From Candidatus Omnitrophota bacterium (GTDB taxonomy: Bacteria > Omnitrophota > Gorgyraeia > Gygaellales > Profunditerraquicolaceae): 64,000 nucleotides of DNA. Of the stretch, positions 18,673 through 30,591 are shown in pieces (within the stretch, counting starts at the first letter, position 1; each line of letters starts with the position of its first letter). The position numbers were made by a program, and so were the translations under genes. A model generated the notes under the pieces. The model searched no databases. It was not told the DNA's origin and saw nothing but the letters and a program-made list of their open reading frames with translations. The stretch spans positions 66,701 through 130,700 of the forward strand of contig JBFZAT010000022.1 in NCBI GenBank assembly GCA_041308845.1, read 5' to 3'.

Positions 18673-19140
18673 ATGATAAAGGTGGTGGAAGGAAAATTAT
18701 TGGCAAAAGGTTTAAGTTTTGGTTTGGTGGCTTCACGTTTCAATGATTTCATGACTAAAGAATTAGTAGCCGGCTGTATCGATACATTACTCAGGCACGG
18801 TGCGGAAGATAAAGATATTACCTTAGCCTGGGTTCCTGGGGCATTCGAAATCCCTTTGGTTGCCCAAAAAATGGCTCAGACTAAATCTTTTGATGCTTTA
18901 ATCTGTTTGGGCACGGTTATCCGTGGGGCGACTCCGCATTTTGACTATATCGCTGCCGAAGTTGCTAAAGGGGTAGCTACAGTTTCTTTAGACGGAGGCT
19001 TGCCGGTAATTTTTGGCGTAATTACAGCGGATAGCATTGAGCAGGCTGTCGAGCGCGCCGGTTCTAAAGATGGTAATAAGGGGCGTGATGCGGCGCTTTC
19101 GGCAATTGAGATGGTTAATTTGAACGCCCAGTTGAAATAA
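18673..19140 (+). CDS. ribH: 6,7-dimethyl-8-ribityllumazine synthase
   Basis: A GGAGG RBS precedes ATG 18673 (MIKVVEGKL). The lumazine synthase motifs are [12 protein letters not shown] and [10 protein letters not shown]. Confidence 0.9.
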   Translation: MIKVVEGKLLAKGLSFGLVASRFNDFMTKELVAGCIDTLLRHGAEDKDITLAWVPGAFEIPLVAQKMAQTKSFDALICLGTVIRGATPHFDYIAAEVAKGVATVSLDGGLPVIFGVITADSIEQAVERAGSKDGNKGRDAALSAIEMVNLNAQLK

Positions 19141-19282
19141 TAAATAATCTTATTGCTCCGACAGGTGTTCTACTCGGCTGAGCCTTATGGCTGTTTTGCC
19201 GTCAGGGACGGCTAGGATGTTCTATCTTTTTGCAAAAAAGTGTTTTAGATTTATGATATTTAATCTGTAGAGGGCTTATAGA

Positions 19283-19699
19283 ATGAGGAAACGGACTAAG
19301 GCGCGTGAATATGTATTACAGATGCTCTACCAGGTCGATATTACCCGCGGGAATTGGCAGGAAGTTTTAAAGAATTTTTGTTCTAGCGATGACCGGGAGG
19401 ATGTATCTGGAGAGCTTAAAGATTTTTCTTCCCAACTCTTAGAGGGGGTAGTGAACCATTTGCAAGAGATCGATAAAAAAATTAGTCGCTATGCTGCTAA
19501 TTGGCAACTGGAGCGTATGGCATTCGTTGACCGCAATATTATGCGTTTAGGCTGTTTTGAACTTTTATTCCGCGCGGATATTCCCCCCAAAGTGGCGATT
19601 AATGAAGCGGTAGAATTAGCGAAAAAATATTCCGGGATAGAGTCCGGTAAGTTTGTAAATGCTATATTAGATCAAATAAAGATCGAAAAAGAAAAATGA
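19283..19699 (+). CDS. nusB: Transcription antitermination factor NusB
   Basis: The NusB fold signature is RTKAREYVLQMLYQVDI...ERMAFVDRNIMRLGCFELLF. The ribH-nusB adjacency is classical. Confidence 0.9.
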   Translation: MRKRTKAREYVLQMLYQVDITRGNWQEVLKNFCSSDDREDVSGELKDFSSQLLEGVVNHLQEIDKKISRYAANWQLERMAFVDRNIMRLGCFELLFRADIPPKVAINEAVELAKKYSGIESGKFVNAILDQIKIEKEK

Positions 19700-20511
19700 A
19701 ATACGCTGATTTACATGTGCATACTACCCACAGTGACGGAACTTATACTCCTGCGCAGCTGGTTAAAGCCGGCTTGGAAAAAGGGATTTCTGCGTTGGCG
19801 ATTGTCGATCATGATACGTTGCAAGCTCTGCCTGAGGCGTTGCTGGCTGCCCAAGGTACGGATTTAGAGATTATTCCGGGTATCGAGCTGACTGCTCAGC
19901 ATGAAAATCAGGAGATTCATATTCTGGGGTATTTTTTGGATTATAGAAATAAAGAGTTGTTGGAAAAATTAAAGCTAGTGCAGCTGAACCGTGTTCAAAG
20001 AGTTTATAAAATCGTTGAAAATTTATCCGGACTGGGAGTCAAGCTTGATCCGGGAGCTGTTTTTAGCATTTCCGGTAAAGCCACGGTGGGCAGGATGCAT
20101 ATCGCCCGGGCTTTAGTTGAGGAGGGGATAGTAGCTTCAACCTCTGAGGCGTTTCGTAAATATATTGGAGATAAGTCTCCGGCTTATGTTTTAGGGTTTC
20201 GCTTATCTGTTCCGGAAGCTATTCAATTGATCCAGGCTGCCGGCGGAGTAGCGGTCCTAGCTCATCCGTATATGCTGCACAACGACGCTTTAATTACAGA
20301 ATTTGCGGGTTATGGCTTAGCAGGTATCGAGGTCTATTATCCTGAACATTCTCAGTCTATGGTTAATTTTTACCTGGATTTAGCTAAACAGCTTAATCTG
20401 TTAGTCAGTGGAGGAACGGATTTTCATGGTAGCGTTAAACCGGAGATAAAATTAGGCATGATTAAAATACCATTAGTGTTGGTGGAAAAATTGCGGCAGG
20501 CTAAAAAATGA
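19696..20511 (+). CDS. PHP-domain phosphoesterase (TrpH/YciV-like family)
   Basis: It starts MKYADLHVHTTHSDGT and continues AIVDHDT, VLAHP and GGTDFHG, which are the PHP metal-binding motifs. It is embedded between nusB and ribD. Confidence 0.8.
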   Translation: MKYADLHVHTTHSDGTYTPAQLVKAGLEKGISALAIVDHDTLQALPEALLAAQGTDLEIIPGIELTAQHENQEIHILGYFLDYRNKELLEKLKLVQLNRVQRVYKIVENLSGLGVKLDPGAVFSISGKATVGRMHIARALVEEGIVASTSEAFRKYIGDKSPAYVLGFRLSVPEAIQLIQAAGGVAVLAHPYMLHNDALITEFAGYGLAGIEVYYPEHSQSMVNFYLDLAKQLNLLVSGGTDFHGSVKPEIKLGMIKIPLVLVEKLRQAKK

Positions 20512-21602
20512 TTAAATCACTTGACGCATATTACATGGGAATAGCTTTAAAATTAGCGCTGAAGGCTAAAGGTAGGACTGCTCCCAATCCATTGGTTGGG
20601 GCCTTAGTAGTAAAAGCGGGTAAAATTATCGGCCGCGGTTTCCATGCCCAGGCCGGTCTAGCGCATGCTGAGATTTTAGCCTTGGATGAAGCCGGTAAGA
20701 AGTCCAAAGGGGCGACTTTGTATGTTACGCTTGAACCCTGCGCGCACACCGGGCGCACCCCGCCTTGTATCAATCGTATAATCGGCAGCGGGATTAAAGA
20801 AGTAGTTGTTGGCATGATCGATCCTAACCCTTTAAATAATGGCCGGGGCATTAACTTGCTCAAGCAAAGTAATATTAAAGTTAGGGTGGGGGTGCTCAGC
20901 GAAAGATTAAAAGAAATTAATGAAAGTTTTATTAAATATATTACTACGCGCCTGCCTTTTTTAACGGTAAAAGTTGCAGAATCTTTAGATGGCCGGATTG
21001 CTACCCGCACCGGAGATTCTAAATGGATTACTTCGGATCGATCGCGGGCTTTTGCCCACCGGATGCGTAAAGATTACGATGCAATTATGGTGGGGGTTAA
21101 TACCGTATTGCGTGATAATCCTAGTTTAAACGCTTGGTTCTCGCAAAAGAAATTGATTAAAATAATTGTCGATAGTAATTTGAGTATCTCGGAGAATTCC
21201 AACATTTTTGCCAATGACAGCCAGGTAATTATTATCACTTTGCCTACTCGGCCCGGCCAGGAAACGGAAAATCGTATAAGGTTATCAGCTAAAGCTAAGA
21301 TTTTAGAAGTTAAGGAGAAAGCCGGGCAAATTAATTTGCGGGATGCTTTAAAAAAATTAGCCCAGTTGGAAATTAGTAATATTATTGTAGAAGGGGGCGG
21401 AACGCTGATCGGCTCATTGTTTGATGAAAGGTTAGTCGATAGAATTTTATTTTTTATCAGTCCTAAGATCATCGGCGGCAAAGATGCTGTTTCTTCAGTA
21501 ATGGGTATAGGGGTTAAGCGTATCGATCAAGCGATAAAATTACAGGATTTAAAAATTAAACGCCTGGGCCAGGAACTTTTGGTAACAGCAAGAGTAAGTT
21601 AA
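20508..21602 (+). CDS. ribD: Bifunctional diaminohydroxyphosphoribosylaminopyrimidine deaminase / 5-amino-6-(5-phosphoribosylamino)uracil reductase
   Basis: The CDA-fold zinc motifs are HAEILAL and LEPCAHTGRTPPC. The C-terminal domain is a RibD reductase domain. Confidence 0.9.
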   Translation: MIKSLDAYYMGIALKLALKAKGRTAPNPLVGALVVKAGKIIGRGFHAQAGLAHAEILALDEAGKKSKGATLYVTLEPCAHTGRTPPCINRIIGSGIKEVVVGMIDPNPLNNGRGINLLKQSNIKVRVGVLSERLKEINESFIKYITTRLPFLTVKVAESLDGRIATRTGDSKWITSDRSRAFAHRMRKDYDAIMVGVNTVLRDNPSLNAWFSQKKLIKIIVDSNLSISENSNIFANDSQVIIITLPTRPGQETENRIRLSAKAKILEVKEKAGQINLRDALKKLAQLEISNIIVEGGGTLIGSLFDERLVDRILFFISPKIIGGKDAVSSVMGIGVKRIDQAIKLQDLKIKRLGQELLVTARVS

Positions 21603-22178
21603 ATGTTTACTGGAATTGTTGAAGAACTGGGAAGGATTAAAAGATTGGCGCCTAGAGCGGGGGTGCTCTTTATGGAAGTGAGCGCCGAAAAGACACTATT
21701 AGATACTAAGATCGGAGATAGTATTGCGGTGAACGGGGTTTGTTTGACCGTGGTCTCGGTGGCAAACAGCACTTTGAGTTTCGAGGTGGTTTCTCAGACG
21801 CTTAAGACGACTAATCTGGGGCTAGCCAAAGTTGGCCAAGCAATGAATTTAGAGCGTAGTCTTAAGTTGGGTGACCGAATTTCCGGGCATTTTGTTTCCG
21901 GGCATATCGATTGTTTAGGGCGTATGCGTAGGAAATTTTTACGCAACGGAGCCTGGGAGCTGGAGATTACTGTTCCGCCACCTTTTAGGCGTTATTGCCT
22001 GCCCAGAGGCTCAGTGGCGATTAATGGAATCAGCTTAACTTTAGCCAGGACTACTGCTAATTTTTTTGCAGTTTGTATCATTCCCCATACTTTTAAGTAC
22101 ACTAATCTAAGTTCAGTTTATCCAGCCGGCCAACTGAATGTGGAGTTCGATCTCCTTGCCAAACGCGCTGCAGTTTAA
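21603..22178 (+). CDS. ribE: Riboflavin synthase (alpha chain)
   Basis: The N-terminus is MFTGIVEELGRI, followed by duplicated lumazine-binding half-domains. Confidence 0.85.
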   Translation: MFTGIVEELGRIKRLAPRAGVLFMEVSAEKTLLDTKIGDSIAVNGVCLTVVSVANSTLSFEVVSQTLKTTNLGLAKVGQAMNLERSLKLGDRISGHFVSGHIDCLGRMRRKFLRNGAWELEITVPPPFRRYCLPRGSVAINGISLTLARTTANFFAVCIIPHTFKYTNLSSVYPAGQLNVEFDLLAKRAAV

Positions 22179-22189
22179 TTCTTCTATTA

Positions 22190-22218
22190 TTGCCTAAATT
22201 ATAAATTTCTGATATACT
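22190..22218 (+). promoter_or_regulatory. Sigma70-like promoter TTGCCT-17-TATACT driving the tRNA-Pro leader
   Basis: TTGCCT is at 22190-22195, with a 17-nt spacer and TATACT at 22213-22218. It lies about 170 nt upstream of tRNA-Pro. Confidence 0.45.
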
Positions 22219-22390
22219 AATTATTCAATTGGATAATTTCGGCACCTGGCGTTTTGTACTCCGTGCTTAATGCACCTGGCCCCTAGTGGAATTGGGTCAG
22301 TGTCGCCGTGGGGCGAGAATTGGCTGGTGCAAAAAGGTAGATTCTGGCACCCAACGCTGAACGGAATTGCGTTGGTGCCGCATTTGTATG

Positions 22391-22464
22391 CGGGGCGTGG
22401 CTCAGCTTGGTAGAGCGCAGCGTTCGGGACGCTGAGGTCACAGGTTCAAGTCCTGTCGCCCCGA
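22391..22464 (+). tRNA. tRNA-Pro: tRNA-Pro (anticodon CGG)
   Basis: A cloverleaf was folded by hand. The acceptor stem is CGGGGCG/CGCCCCG, with the C1:G72 pair and A73 typical of bacterial tRNA-Pro. The D-stem is GCTC/GAGC, the anticodon stem is CAGCG/CGCTG with loop TTCGGGA (anticodon CGG), and the T-arm is ACAGG-TTCAAGT-CCTGT. No 3' CCA is encoded. Confidence 0.85.
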
Positions 22465-22600
22465 CTTAAATCTTACAGGCAGATGGTGTGCAAGGTTGTT
22501 AAGGGTAAAATAAAGATGGCCCAAAAATATTCTGCAAGTTAATCTTAGCATCGGCGAACAATCTGTGGAATGTTTAGCTATGAAATGATGGGCTTAATCT

Positions 22601-25375
<2,775 letters not shown>

Positions 25376-25379
<4 letters not shown>

Positions 25380-25996
25380 TTTTGGAAACGGTTAGTGTCG
25401 GGGAATTACAGGTTAATTGTTATATCCTGGCTTGTGCTGAAGGCGCTCAGGCGATAATCATTGATCCCGGAGCTCAAGCGGTAAAAATCTGGGGAGTTTT
25501 AAAGCGGCATAGATTACAGCCGGCGATGGTGATTAATACTCATGGCCATTATGATCATATCGGCAGCGATGATGAATTCGGTGTGGGAGTTTATGTGCAC
25601 AAAAAAGATTTACCGATGCTGCTGGATGCCAGTAAGAATCTTTCTGCAGATTTCGCCTTAGCTTATCGAGTCAGCGCGCAGATTAAAACCTTGGAAGATA
25701 AAGAAGTTATCCGATTAGATTGTTTAGAATTGGAAGTAATGCATTTACCCGGGCATACTCCGGGAGGGTTGGGTTTATTAATCAGAAAGCCCCAAACAGA
25801 TATTGTTTTTTCCGGGGATACTTTATTTTGCCAGGGGGTCGGGCGTTCGGATTTACCGGGTGGCAGTCAAAGGTTATTAGAGGAATCTATCCGGGAAAAA
25901 TTATTTTCTCTGCCGGTTAATACCAAAGTTTATCCGGGGCACGGATCTGCTACTACTATCGGCAGGGAAAAAGCCAGCAGCGCATTTAGATTATAA
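25376..25996 (+). CDS. MBL-fold metallo-hydrolase (glyoxalase II-like)
   Basis: The HxHxDH motif is NTHGHYDHIG, and the downstream motifs LPGHTPGG and GD are present. Confidence 0.75.
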
Positions 25997-26883
25997 TGAA
26001 AGAACTGATTGATTCTTTTTTGGATTATTTGACAGTGGAAAGGGCGCTAGCTAAAAATACTATTGTTGCCTATCGGGCTGATCTGGATCGTTATTTGAAT
26101 TTCATAGAAAAGCGTAATATAGCTGTGCTTTCTAAAGTAGCCAAGAACGATATTGTTGATTTTATGCTTACTCAAAAAGAGCTGGGTATTTCGCCTACGA
26201 GTATTTCGCGCCGTTTAGCAGCGATACGCATGTTCCACCGTTTTTTAGCCAGGGAAAGAGTTTTAAAGAGCGATCCAACCACTTTGATTGATTCTCCAAA
26301 ACTCTGGAAGAAGGTACCAGATACGCTCTCTTTAAATGAAGTTGAATCGTTGATCAGCCAGCCGGATATACGTGATCGCCAAGGCATCCGAGATAAAGCG
26401 ATCCTGGAAACTCTTTATGCTACAGGCATGCGGGTATCGGAGTTAAGTAATCTAAAAACCAATAATGTCAATCTAGCGATCGGATTTTTGCGTTGCATCG
26501 GTAAAGGCAATAAGGAGCGGATTGTCCCGTTGGGCAGGAAGGCCATCCAGAGTATTAATCGTTATTTAGAATTTAGCCGCCCATTTTTTTTGAAAAAAAA
26601 AGCTTCAGAATTTCTTTTTATCAGCCGTAGCGCTAGCAAGCTTTCCCGCCAATCTGTTTGGAAATTGATTAAGCGCTATGCCCACGAGGCTAAAATTAAA
26701 AAATCAATAAAAGTGCACACCCTTCGTCATTCTTTTGCAACGCATCTATTGGAAAGAGGAGCGGATTTACGATCGGTACAGGAAATGTTGGGGCACGCTA
26801 ATATTTCTACCACTCAGATTTATACGCATATTGATAAAGAGCGTCTTAAAACGATTCATAAAATGTTTCATCCGCGTCCTTAA
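25996..26883 (+). CDS. xerD: Site-specific tyrosine recombinase XerC/XerD family (XerD-like C-terminus)
   Basis: The C-terminal catalytic region is HTLRHSFATHLLERGADLRSVQEMLGHANISTTQIYTHIDKERLKTIHKMFHPR, containing the R..H..R..Y residues. Confidence 0.85.
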   Translation: MKELIDSFLDYLTVERALAKNTIVAYRADLDRYLNFIEKRNIAVLSKVAKNDIVDFMLTQKELGISPTSISRRLAAIRMFHRFLARERVLKSDPTTLIDSPKLWKKVPDTLSLNEVESLISQPDIRDRQGIRDKAILETLYATGMRVSELSNLKTNNVNLAIGFLRCIGKGNKERIVPLGRKAIQSINRYLEFSRPFFLKKKASEFLFISRSASKLSRQSVWKLIKRYAHEAKIKKSIKVHTLRHSFATHLLERGADLRSVQEMLGHANISTTQIYTHIDKERLKTIHKMFHPRP

Positions 26884-26924
26884 AAACAGTAAATAGAATA
26901 AAATAAGCAGAAATTATTCGGAAA

Positions 26925-28241
26925 ATGAACAGATATCTTAGGAAATTACCCGCGCAGTTAAAAACAATTATCGGTTTAGTCAGTAAAGTTTCTTTTGAAA
27001 TGAAAATACCGGCATATTTAGTGGGTGGCTGCTTGCGGGACCTTATCTTAGGATTTAAAAATTTCGACCTGGATTTAGCTATCGAAGGTGATGGTATAAT
27101 GTTTGCCCGGCAATTGGCCAAACGATTAAAATCTGGATTAAATACGCATGAGCGTTTCGGCACAGCTACTTTAATCTTAGAAAACGGATTGAAGGTAGAT
27201 ATCGCTTCTACTCGTTCGGAGCGTTACCCCCTACCGGGGGCATTGCCGGTGGTTAGTTCCGGTTCTTTAATCGCAGATCTTGGGCGTCGTGATTTTACGA
27301 TTAACGCTTTAGCAGTCAAGATAACCGCCGGTAAAAAACAGGAGATTATTGATCCTTACGCAGGGCAAAGCGATTTAGCCTTAGGTCAAATTCGTGTTTT
27401 ACATAATTTAAGTTTCCGTGATGATCCTACCCGGATATTCAGAGCTATCCGCTTTAGTCAGCGATTTGATTTTAAGATCGAGCCTCGAACGCGGCGTTTA
27501 CTTAAGCAGGCAATCAGCGATGGGCTGCTGGAACAGGTCCATCCTCATCGTTTACGGAATGAACTGGTTTTGATGCTTAAAGAGTGTTCTCCTTTCGGAT
27601 CGGTCAGACAAATTTACGACTGGGGAGGATTATTCTCTATTAGTCCTAATTTAAAGATTAGTAAGTCCACAGAAAATTTATACAAAGCGATTGCTAAACA
27701 AATTGCTGGTTTTGCTAAAAAATTTCCTAAGCGCAGGAGATTGGACCAGTGGTTAATTTATTTTATGGGGTTGATAGGAACGCTTACTTTGGCGCAGATG
27801 CGAGCGGTGATGCATAAATTAGGCTTACGCCAAGGAGAACAAAAAAGGGTGCTGGATTATTACCGGAAGCGTCCAAGGATAGTTAAAGTTTTAAGTAAAA
27901 AACAGGTTTGTCCTGAGCAAGTTTATGCTTTACTTGAACCATTAAGTTATGAAGCGATTATCTTGCTGAGTGCTACTTCTACGGATAAAAATTTAAAAAA
28001 ATATTTAACTGATTTTTTAAATGTTTATAATGTCCTGCGGCTGGAAGTCTCCGGTCAAGATTTAGAAAAGCTAGGGGTCTTACCAGGTCCGCGATACCAG
28101 AAAATATTGACTGAATTGTTAGCAGCTAAACTTAACGGCCGGCTTAAAAGTCGTTCAGCTGAGCTGGCCTTGATGGAAGGATTAGCCCGGGTGAATAAAA
28201 AAGGAAACGGAGAAAATAATGTCAAGGCACGAACGCGTTGA
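26925..28241 (+). CDS. cca: CCA-adding tRNA nucleotidyltransferase (PolyA polymerase/CCA family)
   Basis: The Pol-beta nucleotidyltransferase head is GGCLRDLILG...DLDLA, and the RNA-binding motif is RRDFTINAL. This is consistent with a tRNA-Pro gene that does not encode CCA. Confidence 0.8.
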   Translation: MNRYLRKLPAQLKTIIGLVSKVSFEMKIPAYLVGGCLRDLILGFKNFDLDLAIEGDGIMFARQLAKRLKSGLNTHERFGTATLILENGLKVDIASTRSERYPLPGALPVVSSGSLIADLGRRDFTINALAVKITAGKKQEIIDPYAGQSDLALGQIRVLHNLSFRDDPTRIFRAIRFSQRFDFKIEPRTRRLLKQAISDGLLEQVHPHRLRNELVLMLKECSPFGSVRQIYDWGGLFSISPNLKISKSTENLYKAIAKQIAGFAKKFPKRRRLDQWLIYFMGLIGTLTLAQMRAVMHKLGLRQGEQKRVLDYYRKRPRIVKVLSKKQVCPEQVYALLEPLSYEAIILLSATSTDKNLKKYLTDFLNVYNVLRLEVSGQDLEKLGVLPGPRYQKILTELLAAKLNGRLKSRSAELALMEGLARVNKKGNGENNVKARTR

Positions 28242-28569
28242 AGAGGCGATAAAAAAAGAAGTTAGTTTGATTATTCATGATCAACTCAAGGACCCGCGCA
28301 TTGGTTTTGTGACGGTTACTCGGGTAGAATTATCCAAAGATTTAAGAAATGCAAAGATTTTTTACAGCGTTTTGGGCAAAGAAGATGCCTGTAAAAAAAC
28401 TAAGATTGCCTTGGATTCGGCTTTAGGCTATATCCGCAGCCTGGTTGCCCAAAGGATAAATTTACGTTTTGCTCCAGAGCTTATGTTTCAGGAGGATCAT
28501 TCTACCGAGTATAGCGTTAAGATCCAAGAGGTATTAAATAAGATTAAAGAAAAAGATGAGTCTAAATAA
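28219..28569 (+). CDS. rbfA: Ribosome-binding factor A
   Basis: The RbfA KH-like signature is RVEEAIKKEVSLIIHDQLKDPRIGFVTVTRVELSKDLRNAKIFYSV. Confidence 0.85.
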   Translation: MSRHERVEEAIKKEVSLIIHDQLKDPRIGFVTVTRVELSKDLRNAKIFYSVLGKEDACKKTKIALDSALGYIRSLVAQRINLRFAPELMFQEDHSTEYSVKIQEVLNKIKEKDESK

Positions 28570-29530
28570 GATCTGCCAAAGCATAAAGCAGTACAATAAT
28601 TTTCTCATTGCTGCGCATACCAGCCCGGAAGGCGATGCTTTGGGTGCTCAGTTAGGATTCTATAATCTTATAAAAAAGCTGGGTAAGCAAGCAACCATGG
28701 TAAGTGATGACCAATTACCTTATGGCTATGCGTTCTTGCCGGGAGTCCGTCAGATTCGCCGTCTAGGCCGGAAATTGAAATTTATCAAATTTGATTGTTT
28801 AGTAATTTTAGATTGTGCAGATTTGAAACGTGCCGGTAGAGTTTATAAATTAAACCGGGATAATCGTCCAATATTAAATATTGACCATCACATCAGCAAC
28901 CATAATTTCGGTGATGTGAATTGGGTAAATGCGCAGGCTTCTTCCTGTTCGGAGATGATTTATAGAATATATAAGCGTTTACACCTATCTTTAGATAAGG
29001 CTACGGCTTTAGCCTTATATACTGGCATTATGACTGACACAGGGTCTTTCCGTTACTCTAATACTTCTAGCGCTACCCTTAGGTCTGCCGCTGAGCTTTT
29101 GGAATTTGGAGTTAATGTTGCGCAAGTTTATCGTTATGCTTATGAAAATATTCCGCCTAAACAGGTAAAATTGCTATTAAAAATTCTATCTAAAGTTAAA
29201 CTTCTTGCCAATGGAAAAATTGCTGCTTTTTGGATTGATTCCAGCTTACCTGGGCAAGAAAAATCAGCTTTAGATCTAACGGATCAGGTTTTAAGTTTCG
29301 GCCGTTCAATCCAGGGGGTTGAAGTGGTAGTTTTATTCAAGCCTAATCGGGGAGTAAGTTCACAATTCCGGGTTAATTTAAGAAGTCAGGGAGGAGCCGA
29401 TGTCAATAAGATTGCGTCATTTTTCGGAGGCGGAGGGCATAAGACGGCTGCCGGCTGCAATCTTTCGGGGAAAATTTCCCTTGTTTCTGATAAGGTAATT
29501 ACTAAAATTCGACAAAGCCTCAAGAAATGA
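28556..29530 (+). CDS. nrnA: DHH/DHHA1 phosphoesterase, NrnA-type bifunctional oligoribonuclease / pAp phosphatase
   Basis: The DHH motif is IDHHISNHNFG, and the C-terminal DHHA1 motif is GGGGHKTAAG. Confidence 0.8.
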   Translation: MSLNKICQSIKQYNNFLIAAHTSPEGDALGAQLGFYNLIKKLGKQATMVSDDQLPYGYAFLPGVRQIRRLGRKLKFIKFDCLVILDCADLKRAGRVYKLNRDNRPILNIDHHISNHNFGDVNWVNAQASSCSEMIYRIYKRLHLSLDKATALALYTGIMTDTGSFRYSNTSSATLRSAAELLEFGVNVAQVYRYAYENIPPKQVKLLLKILSKVKLLANGKIAAFWIDSSLPGQEKSALDLTDQVLSFGRSIQGVEVVVLFKPNRGVSSQFRVNLRSQGGADVNKIASFFGGGGHKTAAGCNLSGKISLVSDKVITKIRQSLKK

Positions 29531-30441
29531 AGATTATTTACGGGATAGACAGGATCAGCCGGTTACCTAGGCCGGTGGTAGCAGCATTGGGAGTTTTCGA
29601 TGGCTTACATCTTGGCCACCGTAATATTTTGCGTGCTGCTGTCAAAAAAGCAATTCAAATTAACGGTAAAAGTCTAGTTTTGACTTTTTCCCCGCACCCG
29701 CAAAAAAAAGCCAGCCTATATTCATTAGCCCATCGTTTAAGGTTAATTGCTGAATTAGGAATTGATCTATGCTGGGTGATAAAATTTACCCCTGGTTTTG
29801 CTAAAATCAACGCTCAAGATTTTATTGCTAAGATATTAGTTAAAAGAATCCGAGCTAGTTTTGTTTATGTAGGCAAGAATTTCCGTTTTGGTTATCGCGC
29901 TGGCGGTGATTACCGCTTATTGATGAAAGCAGCTAAAAAATATAAATTTAAAGTTAAAATCTTCAGGGTAGAAAAGTCTGCAGGTTTAACGGTTAGTAGC
30001 ACGGAAATTAGGCAACTAATCAAAAATTCTAAAATCAAAAAAGCTGAAAAATTGCTTGGTCGCCGGGTGAGCGTTTTAGGCACGGTGGTTAAGGGCAGTC
30101 GTCTGGGTAGGCAATTGGGAGTGCCTACGGCCAATATCAATCCTCATCATGAGGTTATCCCGCCGCCGGGTATTTATGCGGTACAGATTATTCTGGCTCA
30201 GAAAAAGTATAATGGTGTCTGTTATATTGGTAAGAAACCTACTTTGGGTATTAAAAACAAAAGAGTACATATCGAAGTGCACATCTTTGATTTCCATAAA
30301 GATATTTACGGATTAGAACTTGAGATTCAGTTTATACAATTAATCCGCCCAGATCAGCAATTCGCTAACCTGCGGGAATTATCCGCGCAAATCCAAAAAG
30401 ACATCATCGTTTGCCGTAAGATTCACTCCTCCACCCAATAA
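29527..30441 (+). CDS. ribF: Bifunctional riboflavin kinase / FAD synthetase
   Basis: The N-terminal FAD synthetase motif is GVFDGLHLGH. The C-terminal riboflavin kinase domain includes GVPTANI...PPPGIYAV...YNGVCYIGKKPT. Confidence 0.9.
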   Translation: MKIIYGIDRISRLPRPVVAALGVFDGLHLGHRNILRAAVKKAIQINGKSLVLTFSPHPQKKASLYSLAHRLRLIAELGIDLCWVIKFTPGFAKINAQDFIAKILVKRIRASFVYVGKNFRFGYRAGGDYRLLMKAAKKYKFKVKIFRVEKSAGLTVSSTEIRQLIKNSKIKKAEKLLGRRVSVLGTVVKGSRLGRQLGVPTANINPHHEVIPPPGIYAVQIILAQKKYNGVCYIGKKPTLGIKNKRVHIEVHIFDFHKDIYGLELEIQFIQLIRPDQQFANLRELSAQIQKDIIVCRKIHSSTQ

Positions 30442-30515
30442 GGCCACAATAGCTAGGTATTTCAGCCGGATTATCCACAATTAGTTGTGTTTTCAATATT
30501 TAGGAAATTTTTTTC

Positions 30516-30544
30516 TTGACAAGGGGAGGGATTTTATCTATACT
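30516..30544 (+). promoter_or_regulatory. Sigma70-like promoter TTGACA-17-TATACT (Pmra) for the dcw cluster
   Basis: TTGACA is at 30516-30521, with a 17-nt spacer and TATACT at 30539-30544. Confidence 0.6.
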
Positions 30545-30554
30545 TGGTACATCA

Positions 30555-30579
30555 GTGGATAAAAGTGGAGTAAAGTGGA
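30555..30579 (+). promoter_or_regulatory. Three GTGGA direct repeats at 10-bp periodicity in the mraZ leader (candidate MraZ operator)
   Basis: GTGGA-taaaa-GTGGA-gtaaa-GTGGA lies between the -10 and the mraZ RBS. Confidence 0.5.
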
Positions 30580-30591
30580 AGGAAGTCAAAA

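Noticed and set aside
22465-22600. Possible micro-ORF (19 aa, MVCKVVKGKIKMAQKYSAS) between tRNA-Pro and acyP
   Set aside because: It is very short, has no convincing RBS, and is more likely a tRNA 3' trailer or acyP leader.
25720-25920. Same-strand alternative-frame ORFs inside the MBL hydrolase (25720-25920), proC (none), ileS (51725-52009) and rluD (54912-55094) genes
   Set aside because: They are out of frame within conserved-motif-bearing genes and lack an RBS.
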